Shown: positions 46,168-55,813 of the stretch, piece by piece
Numbering within the stretch: the stretch's first letter is position 1
Layout of the letters: the number at the start of each line of letters is the position of its first letter
The notes under the pieces: generated by a model
What the model was told of the DNA's origin: nothing
Databases searched by the model: none
The model's input: the letters and a program-made list of their open reading frames with translations, nothing else
Program-made: the position numbers and the translations under genes
Origin: an uncultured Candidatus Saccharibacteria bacterium
GTDB taxonomy: Bacteria; Patescibacteriota; Minisyncoccia; Phycocordibacterales; CSBR16-119
Length of the DNA: 64,000 bases
Direction: 5' to 3'
Assembly (NCBI GenBank): GCA_964557535.1
Contig: CAZLAD010000002.1
Location: forward strand, 21,560-85,559

Positions 46168-48780
46168 TTACTTGATATCTTTTTTAGTTTCCACATTCTT
46201 GATACCCCAAGTTTCAAAAACCTCTCCTGTTATCCTTCTTAGATTTTCATTTTTTGATTTTATTAAATCAGGCATTTTTTTATCTAAGGGGTATTTCGAT
46301 AAGTTAACCCATGGCCACTGGTTCTTTTTAAGAAAACCGATTAATTGTTCTTGGGCGGCTTCATCGGAAGCATTAATCTTATCGACTAGCATGTCCATAA
46401 ATTTAGATGCGTATTCTGAGGGAGGAGGAATTTTTTGGAATCCTTGATTGATAAAATTAGCAATATTATCTGACAAGGCGGCTATATGTTTAGGGATGAT
46501 TCTTTTCCATATCTCTTCGGGTGTGGAAATATTTTGTTGAATTATAAAATTTAGACTCTGAATAAGAACATTAATATCAACTGAATCTTCAATCTTTTTC
46601 AATAGCTCCCCTTCGATCTCGGAAACCTTCCACGAACTATCGTCGGCTTTTGAGACTGCCCAAGTCGTAACGTCTGCATTTAAATCGTATACTTGTTTTA
46701 GAATTTTCTCTTTTAAGATTGTAATTCCGTTAGGTATAAAATATTTCAAAATTTCGAATCTCTTATCTCGTAGATCGTTATTCTCTCCTAACAAACCATC
46801 AGCAAAAGTATTTTCCATACCTTCCATTTCTTTTTGTACCGCAGGTTTATCTAGTTGTGGAAATAGATTTAACATTCTATTTGTTAAATCTGTTGGATTC
46901 TGAGGATAGAAATTCCTGTACCATCTAGTAAGTAGAGAGCTTGTGAAAATTCCAGGCTCAATAATGTTTGCGTTATCAAAATCGTTGGAATTTAGTATAA
47001 AATCAAATTTATTTTTAAAGCCATCGAAGATCGATTGTTCCTCGATAAGATCAATCCAGTGCGTAAAAGAATTAACGATATCAAATTTTTGTGCCAAATT
47101 TACAATAAAGTTGAGGTCTACGTCTTTTAATTTATCTGCAAATATTTTATGAACGGAATACTCTTTGGGAAACTGGGCTAATGCTATCATCAGAGCTTTT
47201 AAGATGCTTCCTCGTGTTTCTTCACCAAGACCTGGTAGTCTAGTCGAGACTACGCCCGCATAGTTAGATAAATTATTATCCCCAGAAGAAGCAAGAACGT
47301 TTTTTATTTGTACTGGATCACCAGTATCAATAATAGAAACAAAATCATCCCCAGATAATCCTCTATGATCACCAAAACTTGCATCTGCCGCCAAGAAAAT
47401 GAATGGTCGTATGTCAGCAATATCTAGACTGAAACCTTTATAGAATCTAGGATCCTCGTAGAGAAATGCCTCTATGAAACTTTTCTGACCCGAAGACATA
47501 TCTGTTCCGTACTTAGTTACTTCTTCATTTATTTTTACAGAATCTTTTTTCTCAACTAGGTACTCTAACTTTAGAAGTATCTCTTGATCATTGACAATTT
47601 TATCAAAAAGAGGCGGGCAAAGTTCTTGTAACATCAGAATACGTACTACGAGGAGGGGTTTATCGAGCATTTCCATAAAGTATTTCTTTTGTATTTCATC
47701 CTGATCACCAGATTTGCTTTGAATGATTTCAAAGGTGAATAATGTAGTTTCAATAAACCTGATAATTTGGCGATAGTTCTTACTGAAATATTTTTTTAAA
47801 TATCCGGCAAAAATAGTTTTATCATCTTCTTTAAGGAATATCTTATCTAGAGCCGAGTCTTTCTCCTTTAGCTTTTTATCAATGAATGAATCGATTTCCT
47901 TTTCTAATGGGAGAGGTAGGCGCCAATAAATATTAAATATTTTCTTTAAAAATCTTCTACCCTCCTCAAGTTGTTCAGGGCTGTTCGAATCCGGAAGAAT
48001 ATCTTTACCTAAATATCTTTCTAGAACGGTATGATCACCTGTTACCACGAATGTAATATCTTTTTTATCGAAGAACGTTCTTAGGTTATCTAGAACAGTA
48101 TGAGCAATTTCTGGAGTTACCCTATCAAGATCATCAACAAAGATAACAGGCTTCTTTTTATCTGATTTAAACGCATCAATAATTTTTCGCAAAAGCTCAT
48201 CAAATTGATCAATTGTAGAAATGGCATGATTACTTTTTTGCACAGTAATCATATTGCCCACAATACCAAGAAAGATTGGTATTCCCATTAACATTATCAA
48301 TGACTTCCAGTTTTGGATGAAAAGTTTGAAAGGATCAGAACATTGCATAACCATGTATACAATAAAGATCGCACCTGCAATCAAGAATAGATTTCCCCAA
48401 TGGACATTTGTCTCCGACGTGTCAAAATCTAGTGCTTTAAGGTCTTCTTTGACACCCGTATCAGTCAAATCACCAGCTAGTGTTTTCAAAAAATTTCTAA
48501 GGAAAGACGTACTATCGCTATCAGAAGCAAATTTCCAAGGATTAATTCTAAATATTTTAAATTTTTCTTCTTTAGAATCGGTCTGACTAACCAAATCTTC
48601 TTCTAATTGGTCCAAAAAGTGTGTTTTACCCTCGCCCCATTTCCCAGAAATACCAAAAATGAAGGATTCGCTATGCTTTCCGTGATTATCCTTTATTGTG
48701 TTGGCTACTTGTTTTACGAAGTATTTTTTACTATCCATAGTCTCGAATTTAGCATAAAAATCTTCATATTTATAGGGCAT
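46168..48780 (-). CDS. KAP family P-loop NTPase with long helical C-terminus
   Basis: GISGKWGEGKT, INPWKF, two inserted TM helices, IFVDDLDR, FLKKIF. Confidence 0.9.
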   Translation of the reverse strand: MPYKYEDFYAKFETMDSKKYFVKQVANTIKDNHGKHSESFIFGISGKWGEGKTHFLDQLEEDLVSQTDSKEEKFKIFRINPWKFASDSDSTSFLRNFLKTLAGDLTDTGVKEDLKALDFDTSETNVHWGNLFLIAGAIFIVYMVMQCSDPFKLFIQNWKSLIMLMGIPIFLGIVGNMITVQKSNHAISTIDQFDELLRKIIDAFKSDKKKPVIFVDDLDRVTPEIAHTVLDNLRTFFDKKDITFVVTGDHTVLERYLGKDILPDSNSPEQLEEGRRFLKKIFNIYWRLPLPLEKEIDSFIDKKLKEKDSALDKIFLKEDDKTIFAGYLKKYFSKNYRQIIRFIETTLFTFEIIQSKSGDQDEIQKKYFMEMLDKPLLVVRILMLQELCPPLFDKIVNDQEILLKLEYLVEKKDSVKINEEVTKYGTDMSSGQKSFIEAFLYEDPRFYKGFSLDIADIRPFIFLAADASFGDHRGLSGDDFVSIIDTGDPVQIKNVLASSGDNNLSNYAGVVSTRLPGLGEETRGSILKALMIALAQFPKEYSVHKIFADKLKDVDLNFIVNLAQKFDIVNSFTHWIDLIEEQSIFDGFKNKFDFILNSNDFDNANIIEPGIFTSSLLTRWYRNFYPQNPTDLTNRMLNLFPQLDKPAVQKEMEGMENTFADGLLGENNDLRDKRFEILKYFIPNGITILKEKILKQVYDLNADVTTWAVSKADDSSWKVSEIEGELLKKIEDSVDINVLIQSLNFIIQQNISTPEEIWKRIIPKHIAALSDNIANFINQGFQKIPPPSEYASKFMDMLVDKINASDEAAQEQLIGFLKKNQWPWVNLSKYPLDKKMPDLIKSKNENLRRITGEVFETWGIKNVETKKDIK

Positions 48781-48824
48781 TCAATCCTTGACCTCCAAAA
48801 GTGTTTGCGTCATCCATAGAGTAT

Positions 48825-50147
48825 ATGGAAAAAGCGATTACAGGGCTTATAAGCCCACCAGTGTTACCCAGTATAGAGAAAGTCAGGTATTGTCTCTACG
48901 CTCGTAAATCCAGTGAGGATTCCAGCGAAAAACAGGCCCTTTCGGTGGATTCCCAAGTTAAGGAAATGTTGGCTATTGCCGAGCGAGAAAACTTAGAAAT
49001 CGTGGATATTCGGCGTGAGTCTCATTCGGCCAAGGATTCTGGTCAAAGACCTGTTTTTAACGAATTGGTTCGGGATCTCCGTAGTGGAAGATACACGGGT
49101 ATTTTAACCTGGGCCCCGGATAGACTTTCGAGAAATGCAGGAGATTTGGGCTCGCTCGTTGACCTGATGGATCAGAAACTTCTTCATGAGATAAGAACCT
49201 ACGGCCAGTACTTTAGAAATTCTCCGAATGAGAAATTTCTTTTGATGATTCTATGTTCACAAGCGAAACTTGAGAATGATAATAAAAGTATCAATGTTAA
49301 ACGTGGTCTTCGTACACGATGTGAAATGGGACTGTGGCCTGCGCCAGCTCCAATGGGATATTTAAATGAAATGAAGACGGACAGAAAAGGATATGTCTAT
49401 GTTGATCCAGAAAGAGGACATGTTATTAAAAAAATGTTTGAGAAAGTTGCCTTTGAAAAATGGAGCGGTAGAAAACTTTATCACTGGTTAAAGTTTGAGC
49501 TAAATTTTAAGACACCAAACGGCAATAAAGGCTTAACCTTGAGTTGTATTTATCTGATTCTTAGCAATCACTTTTATTATGGTACTTTTGAATTCCCAAG
49601 AAAAAGTGGTGTATGGTACAAAGGCATACACGAACCTATTATCACGAAAGAATTATTTGATCAGGTTCAAGAGCAGATGAGAAGCCAGTTCGTGAAATCA
49701 GAAACAAAAGAGTTTGCTTTCACGAAGCTTATGGCCTGCGGGCTGTGCGGTTCTGGCGTAACGGCTGATGAGAAATTTAAAAAGCAGAAAAATGGAAATA
49801 TACACAGACATGTTTATTATGGGTGTACTAGGGTACGCGACCAAAATTGTAAATGTGCATATATTAATGAGCCAGATCTTATTAAAGAATTTGAGTGCCT
49901 AATGGACGAAATTGATCTCAATGAGTTGGGGATGAAAGAAAAGATTAAACTTGAAATTGAACGATTCAAAAAGTTCCAGAAACTCGTTTCTGGTAAAAGC
50001 CAAATCATCAAAATTGATGAGGTTGATATACGAAATTACGCAAAGTTTGTTTTGGCTGAAGGAGCGCTGATTGAGAAACGTGAATTGCTTGGGAATTTAA
50101 AAGGAAAGATTATATTAGGAGATAAGAAAATCTCTTTAGTTTCCTAA
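48825..50147 (+). CDS. Large serine recombinase (resolvase, recombinase and Zn-ribbon domains)
   Basis: YARKSSE, DRLSRN, PMGY, HEPII..ELF, CGLCG...YYGC. Confidence 0.93.
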   Translation: MEKAITGLISPPVLPSIEKVRYCLYARKSSEDSSEKQALSVDSQVKEMLAIAERENLEIVDIRRESHSAKDSGQRPVFNELVRDLRSGRYTGILTWAPDRLSRNAGDLGSLVDLMDQKLLHEIRTYGQYFRNSPNEKFLLMILCSQAKLENDNKSINVKRGLRTRCEMGLWPAPAPMGYLNEMKTDRKGYVYVDPERGHVIKKMFEKVAFEKWSGRKLYHWLKFELNFKTPNGNKGLTLSCIYLILSNHFYYGTFEFPRKSGVWYKGIHEPIITKELFDQVQEQMRSQFVKSETKEFAFTKLMACGLCGSGVTADEKFKKQKNGNIHRHVYYGCTRVRDQNCKCAYINEPDLIKEFECLMDEIDLNELGMKEKIKLEIERFKKFQKLVSGKSQIIKIDEVDIRNYAKFVLAEGALIEKRELLGNLKGKIILGDKKISLVS

Positions 50148-50924
50148 TTCTTTTTTAAGAACAAAAATTTTCTTGGTAATCGTGAATTGAATAGTATTTC
50201 CTAGATCTTCGTACTTGAGCTTTTCTTTTAATTCGGGGTTAAATCTTTCGCGGATGTATTGGTTGAGCTGTTCAAGTTTCGACATGTCGCCGCCGAGCTC
50301 TTGTTCAAGTCGTCGAATAGAGTTAAACCGATAGTGGATAGGATGAAATTCATGAATGTTTCCGAAACCAGCCTTTTTAACATTTTCAATAAATTCATCT
50401 TCTCTAAAAAAGTATCTCTCGGTCATGAGCATGTCGAAGCCGCTCAATTCGTCTTTCTTGCGGATAATGTCTTGGAACAAGGTTTGAGTTTCATTGTCGA
50501 GCATGATGTCCCAGATGACAATCTTGCCAGTTGGCTTTAGTAACTTGTGGAACTCTTGTAGCACCTCGAGTTGCAAGGCCTTGGAAACCTCGTGGAGCCC
50601 CATTTTGAGTGCTATGGTATCGAAAAAAGATTCTTTGAATGGAGCTCCGGGCAAAGATGCGACAGAAAATCTTTCGGCTGGAAGATTTGGCAAATTTTCT
50701 CTCGCTCGCTGTACCTGTACATCACTTTCATCGACGAGATAGACGACTGCGTTCGGATTTCTCTCTAATACCTCTTTACCGATAGCTCCATATCCGCCCA
50801 TGGCGTCCAAAACGATCTCACCATCTTTCGGATCAATAGCATCAATAAACGCCTTTTTATCCGCAGGGTCAATCGAGTGGATGTACTCATAGGAAACTAT
50901 TCTATTGTCGAATCCTTGTTTCAT
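50136..50924 (-). CDS. Class I SAM-dependent methyltransferase
   Basis: VLDAMGGYG, FDTI...MGLHE, LLKPTG. Confidence 0.85.
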   Translation of the reverse strand: MKQGFDNRIVSYEYIHSIDPADKKAFIDAIDPKDGEIVLDAMGGYGAIGKEVLERNPNAVVYLVDESDVQVQRARENLPNLPAERFSVASLPGAPFKESFFDTIALKMGLHEVSKALQLEVLQEFHKLLKPTGKIVIWDIMLDNETQTLFQDIIRKKDELSGFDMLMTERYFFREDEFIENVKKAGFGNIHEFHPIHYRFNSIRRLEQELGGDMSKLEQLNQYIRERFNPELKEKLKYEDLGNTIQFTITKKIFVLKKELGN

Positions 50925-50928
50925 AATT

Positions 50929-51750
50929 TTACAGATAATCTCCTCCGCTTTCATTTTTGAATTCCTTTCTGAATTGTTTCCATCCGATAAGATTGCCCAT
51001 TCTTTTTCTTGTGTTTAGTGCTTGAGCGACATGCTCGAATGGACTCCAGTGTCCAGACGAAGAAAGCCTCTCACATAATTTTAGATCGCTATTGATATCA
51101 GAAGTTTTTCCATCAAAAAGAGAGTAACTCACTCGTGCGCATCGAGCCGCACTAATCTTTTTTCTCATCTCTAGATCAAGGGTATGTTCAGTGTCTAAAA
51201 TAAAAGGAAGATGCCATTCATCAGATTGCAATATGTTTGGTTTCTGATCCTGTAAGAGTAAATTCATCCTTTCTGCGACATATCTGATTTCAGGCTGAGC
51301 GGCTTCGTTTGATCTTAGAGAAATAAAGTTGGACCACTCTGTCGCAGTTATAATCACATCAACCATGAGCCAAGGTTCTATGAGTCGATTCACCACCTCC
51401 TTATGCATTCCTAGTTTTTCTCCCAGCCAATGAAAGAAAACAGGTACATACCTAGACCAAAGCCATATCTTTTTTGCCAAGAATAGTTTTAGACCTCTAA
51501 AGGGCTTGCCAGATTGCATGCCAGCCCTGTTCTCACCGAAATATACTGGCAAGAAAGGATCATTAAGAACATATTTTCTAATTCTTTTTGCTGGAATAGC
51601 CCTACTCGAGGCAGAGTTTCTTGAAAGCGTTCGATGACTAATGATATGTCCCCAAAGAAATTTGGGGATCTTGAGAACAAAAGTTGCCAGACGCTTTTGG
51701 GTATCTGTTGATTCAGAATAAGTAATTAATGATACTTTAATTTTATTCAT
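50929..51750 (-). CDS. thyX: Flavin-dependent thymidylate synthase, long phage-like type
   Basis: SHRTLSRNSASSRAIP, HKEVVNRL.EPW, AQPEIR, SAARCARVSY, HWSPFEH. Confidence 0.8.
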   Translation of the reverse strand: MNKIKVSLITYSESTDTQKRLATFVLKIPKFLWGHIISHRTLSRNSASSRAIPAKRIRKYVLNDPFLPVYFGENRAGMQSGKPFRGLKLFLAKKIWLWSRYVPVFFHWLGEKLGMHKEVVNRLIEPWLMVDVIITATEWSNFISLRSNEAAQPEIRYVAERMNLLLQDQKPNILQSDEWHLPFILDTEHTLDLEMRKKISAARCARVSYSLFDGKTSDINSDLKLCERLSSSGHWSPFEHVAQALNTRKRMGNLIGWKQFRKEFKNESGGDYL

Positions 51751-52870
51751 GTTTGTCTAGTATATCAGTTACCGTATCAGGGACGTCGATAAACCCAAGC
51801 TGTCCAATTTCGTTGTTTGTCAGAGCTTCTAAAGTTGATCCGTACAATAGGCCAATAGTACGTTCGATTTCTTCTGGGGTTGATTCGTATCGATTACCTT
51901 TGAATGTTATTGGAAACCCGTTGTTTATGAGTACCAAATTATCCCAAATAACATCTCCATGGATTTCAGAAGATTTAATACTGTTTTTTCTTATGTATAT
52001 TGTCGGGAACTCGCGATCAGCCGATGACATACTTATAAGGTAGAGCTTATAATCTAAAAGATCTTTAATTTCTTGAAGCTGTTCCTCGTTTAGAATATTT
52101 GAACCCGTCACACCAACCACAACATTAATATTATTATCTCGAATCAGGTTCACTAATTCAGATTTATCATGGTGAGCAATATCGTACCCTAATGCAAAAT
52201 AACCTTTCTCTTTAAATATCGAAAGCGTATTACTACCCATAGGTCCTAGTCCGACAACGAGAATTCTTGGTTCAGCAATGGAATACTGCTTGAACGCATC
52301 TACCATTCTATTGCACCCCAGCTCCGCGATGAGAGGACTTTCTTTTATAAGTTTGACCGAAGCACGGGCGACATTGAATATTGGGAAATGAACTTGTGAT
52401 TTTTCAAGCTTTCTAAAACCAGATGAGGTTTGTTCGATGCCGATGACAGGAATCTCTTTGGATATAGAATCAAATTTATCATTTACGATTCTAAGCAACT
52501 CTCCACCATCATCTAAAATAATAACTTTTGAAGGATTCTTGATCCGAGACAAGAATAAATCGAGTTGCTTGGTGCAATTTTCAGCATGTTCGATATCGAA
52601 TGAGACAGATTGATCGAAGTTTGGTTGGACAACATTAAATCCAGCGTCAGATAATTCTTTCAATACTTCATTACTGGTTGAATAGATCTTGCCGAAGATA
52701 TGAATGTTCTCTTTTGGAACACCAAACTCTACCAATAACTCAAACATTTTTGCTTGCGACTCGAGTATGTGCTGACAGGCGAGAATATAGACATTATCAA
52801 ATCCACCCTTTTTTGAATCAAAATAACGGGAGATCTCCTCCAGTAGAGAATACTTATAAGCTGTTTCCAT
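51743..52870 (-). CDS. Divergent S-adenosylhomocysteine hydrolase-like NAD-binding protein
   Basis: ACQHIL, ILDDGG, EQTSSG, NVARA.VK, VGLGPMG Rossmann motif, N.GFPI. Confidence 0.65.
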   Translation of the reverse strand: METAYKYSLLEEISRYFDSKKGGFDNVYILACQHILESQAKMFELLVEFGVPKENIHIFGKIYSTSNEVLKELSDAGFNVVQPNFDQSVSFDIEHAENCTKQLDLFLSRIKNPSKVIILDDGGELLRIVNDKFDSISKEIPVIGIEQTSSGFRKLEKSQVHFPIFNVARASVKLIKESPLIAELGCNRMVDAFKQYSIAEPRILVVGLGPMGSNTLSIFKEKGYFALGYDIAHHDKSELVNLIRDNNINVVVGVTGSNILNEEQLQEIKDLLDYKLYLISMSSADREFPTIYIRKNSIKSSEIHGDVIWDNLVLINNGFPITFKGNRYESTPEEIERTIGLLYGSTLEALTNNEIGQLGFIDVPDTVTDILDKHE

Positions 52871-52950
52871 GACTTCCATTATACTAAATCCTTAGGTGTT
52901 TTAACCTAGGGACTTTCAACGCGTCTCGAGCGCGATAACCTAGCTCAAGT

Positions 52951-53024
52951 TGGCTGCGGAACCTGGACTCGAACCAAGATACCCTCCTCCAGAGGGAGGT
53001 GTCCTACCATTAGACGATTCCGCA
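52951..53024 (-). tRNA. tRNA-Gln(CUG)
   Basis: TGCGGAA acceptor, CCTCC-CTCTGGA-GGAGG anticodon arm, TTCGAG T-loop, encoded CCA. Confidence 0.95.
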
Positions 53025-53115
53025 ATGGTCACATTTTGCCCGAAAATAACCTTAAAATCAAGAATGGATTTATTTTGTTAAATACGCACAAAAACTCTGT
53101 GCTAGAATATTGTCC

Positions 53116-53838
53116 ATGACTGAAAACAATAAACCTTTTAGACCAAAGAAGCTTTCGATCGAAGAAATCAAGAGTGGCTGCGTCTATGTCTACGGCAAAG
53201 ACTCTGACGAGACTCAAATCTGCGTCATGAACGAAGAATTTCGCCAAGGCTTCGATATAGTGAAGAAAAACAAAGACGGAAATAAATCCGTCACTTTCTG
53301 GGGATCAGCCAGATTCCCCGTCGAAAACGAATACTATCAAAAGGCTTTACGACTCGGACGCAGACTTGCTCAGGAACTCAACTGCATGATCGTCACCGGC
53401 GGCGGCCCAGGCATCATGGAAGCCGGCAATCGCGGAGCTTATGAAATGGGCAAACCGTCTCTTGGCCTCACCATCAATTTGCCGATGGAACAACAGACCA
53501 ATCGCTACGTCACGGAGGAAATTCCTTTCTACTTTTTCTTCACCCGAAAAACACTTATGGCATATTCTGCCGAAGCATATCTGTACTTCCCCGGCGGATA
53601 CGGCACACTCGACGAACTTTTTGAAATTTTGACACTTGTCCAAACGGGCAAAATTTCCAAACTACCGATCATCCTCGTCGGCGAGAAATTCTGGAGACCG
53701 CTCGATGAGTTCATCCGCCAAACACTCGACACCGAGAACCAAACCGTCTCTCACGAAGACTTAAATCTTTATCAGATCATCGATGACGAAGACCAGATCA
53801 TCGAAATCGTCAAAAACGCACCGATGAGAAATGATTAA
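53116..53838 (+). CDS. LOG family (TIGR00730-like) protein
   Basis: FWGSAR, TGGGPGIMEA.NRGA, PGGYGTLDE. Confidence 0.92.
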   Translation: MTENNKPFRPKKLSIEEIKSGCVYVYGKDSDETQICVMNEEFRQGFDIVKKNKDGNKSVTFWGSARFPVENEYYQKALRLGRRLAQELNCMIVTGGGPGIMEAGNRGAYEMGKPSLGLTINLPMEQQTNRYVTEEIPFYFFFTRKTLMAYSAEAYLYFPGGYGTLDELFEILTLVQTGKISKLPIILVGEKFWRPLDEFIRQTLDTENQTVSHEDLNLYQIIDDEDQIIEIVKNAPMRND

Positions 53839-53841
53839 TTT

Positions 53842-54708
53842 ATGTCACTTGGAATATTAGCCGCCATAATCGCCATGCTCTGTTGGGGCTTTGGCGATTT
53901 TCTAATTCAACGTTCGACGAGAAAAATTGGCGACTGGGAAACACTTTTCCTGATTACTCTTCTAGGTACGATCGGACTGCTTCCATTTGTTTGGAAAGAT
54001 TTTCCAAATTTTTTCCAAAACATTGATTCGACAGCGTGGATACTTGGTGTGGCCGGAATCCTTCTATTTATAGCCGCACTTTTAGAATTCGAAGCCTTAA
54101 AAGAAGGCAAAATTTCGGTAATTGAGCCAACTTGGTCGCTCGAGATTCCGGTGGCAGCAATATTGGCGGCTTTTATCCTAAGCGAGTCTCTCACTATCAC
54201 GCAAATAATTCTTGTCGCGACACTTATCGTCGGGCTTTTCTTCGTTTCATATAAAGGCGCAATCACGAAGAAATTTTTCCTAGAAAAAGGTGTTGTTATT
54301 TCTGTGTTTGCGGCAATCATGATGGGTACAACAAACTTTTTCGTCGGCTGGGGCGCACGAGAAACGGATCCACTTATGATAAATTTTGTTATCAGCTTCG
54401 TCTCGCTTCTTGGATCTTTTATTTTTTTGGTCGTCAGGGGAAGAGTTGAAAAGACTTTTTCTCATTTGATTAAATATTCAAAAACACTTCTCCCTATGAT
54501 GGTTCTCGACAACAGCGCCTGGATCGCGTTTGCCTTTGCCATGACGCTCGCGCCAATCGGGATCACGGTCGCGCTATCTGAAAGTTATATTATCATCGCA
54601 GTAATTCTGGGGATCTTCATAAGCAAAGAAAAACTCAGCAGACGTCAACTTGCCGGGCTCTTGGTCGCACTAACCTCAGCCATACTTTTGGCGATGGTGA
54701 CTATTTAG
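53842..54708 (+). CDS. DMT/EamA family transporter
   Basis: 10 TM segments in two EamA repeats. Confidence 0.85.
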   Translation: MSLGILAAIIAMLCWGFGDFLIQRSTRKIGDWETLFLITLLGTIGLLPFVWKDFPNFFQNIDSTAWILGVAGILLFIAALLEFEALKEGKISVIEPTWSLEIPVAAILAAFILSESLTITQIILVATLIVGLFFVSYKGAITKKFFLEKGVVISVFAAIMMGTTNFFVGWGARETDPLMINFVISFVSLLGSFIFLVVRGRVEKTFSHLIKYSKTLLPMMVLDNSAWIAFAFAMTLAPIGITVALSESYIIIAVILGIFISKEKLSRRQLAGLLVALTSAILLAMVTI

Positions 54709-54854
54709 ATTAAATTTATAAAAAAATAAAATGTAACAATTTCCAGCTATAGCATGAAATTGTTACATTTTATTTTCAGGTCGGTTTGGATGTTTAATCT
54801 AAATGTAACATTAACATGCTATAGCTACTTAATGTTATATTTTTTATTTCAATA

Positions 54855-55277
54855 TTAATTCTGTCGTGCATTATCAACCCTTAGGAGTATTTCATTAAAT
54901 TTTTGTTGTAATTCTTTCCATTCGTCATTGATAGCGTCAAGATGAATGTTTCGTAGAGTCATTTCATCAATCTGGGATTGCAGTTTTCCTATATCGGATT
55001 TTATTTTTTCTATTTCTCGTTTAGATTTTTCTATCTGTTCAGTAGAATATTTAGATGTGCTTTCAGCTCCCATTATTTCTTTTTCAAGTGTCGTAAAATC
55101 CTTTTCACTTTCCGTGTGTTCTAGATAGCCCGTTTCAGAGTCTAAAATTTCGATACCCTCTTTTATTGAAACCATGGCTTCTTGAATAAGCAGTTTTTGT
55201 TCCTCGACAAATTTCTCGTTATCTCTTATCTGCTTTTGAATTTCTGGGTCAAATATTTTTGGTTTTCTACTTTCCAT
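54855..55277 (-). CDS. Coiled-coil hypothetical protein
   Basis: E/K/I-rich heptads. Confidence 0.65.
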   Translation of the reverse strand: MESRKPKIFDPEIQKQIRDNEKFVEEQKLLIQEAMVSIKEGIEILDSETGYLEHTESEKDFTTLEKEIMGAESTSKYSTEQIEKSKREIEKIKSDIGKLQSQIDEMTLRNIHLDAINDEWKELQQKFNEILLRVDNARQN

Positions 55278-55281
55278 AAAA

Positions 55282-55812
55282 TTACTCGTTATTTTCTTCT
55301 CTTGCTAATTTCAAGATATTTTGCAAAAAATCATTTTTGCCGGCACGATAAGCCGGATAATCTTCTGGGAAATCTTCATTGAGTTTTATTTTCAAATCTT
55401 CATATTCTTTCAACGCCTCTGGATGATCTAGAAAATATTTTTTCGTAATCAAAAATTTCTCGGCCTCCCGATGTCCTTCTGGCACAACATGAATATTTTC
55501 AATTTTTCTTTCACCTTCTAATTTATAGACAAATACAGTATCAGGCGCAATGTAATTATCTTCCCATAAATACCCAAACTCTGTCATTTTTTGCTTTTCG
55601 AACGCAATATCATCAATATCTTTGACCACAACCAAAACATCAAGGAGTGGCTTCGCTCTGATAGCAAATGAATTACTACCAATATGTTCTATCCGCAAGA
55701 CCTTATCACCAAAGACCGACTTTAATATTTCTCTGACACTATCAAATTTCTTGACCCAGGAATCGTTTGGCGCCTCCAAAGAATATGGTCGTTTTTGCAT
55801 CTTATCGAGCAT
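55282..55812 (-). CDS. GrpB/UPF0157 family protein
   Basis: IEHIGS...AKP.LD; Y..LK..L...Y..GK..F. Confidence 0.88.
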   Translation of the reverse strand: MLDKMQKRPYSLEAPNDSWVKKFDSVREILKSVFGDKVLRIEHIGSNSFAIRAKPLLDVLVVVKDIDDIAFEKQKMTEFGYLWEDNYIAPDTVFVYKLEGERKIENIHVVPEGHREAEKFLITKKYFLDHPEALKEYEDLKIKLNEDFPEDYPAYRAGKNDFLQNILKLAREENNE

Positions 55813-55813
55813 A

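Larger units (their letters stand above)
43425..52955. mobile_element. tRNA-Gln-linked serine-recombinase island (left boundary approximate)
   Basis: Recombinase, phage-type methylase and HTH, AT-rich cargo; abuts the tRNA-Gln 3' end; imperfect copy of the end motif at 43425-43456. Confidence 0.7.

Noticed and set aside
43425-52955. Complete prophage
   Set aside because: No capsid, portal, large terminase, tail or lysis genes.
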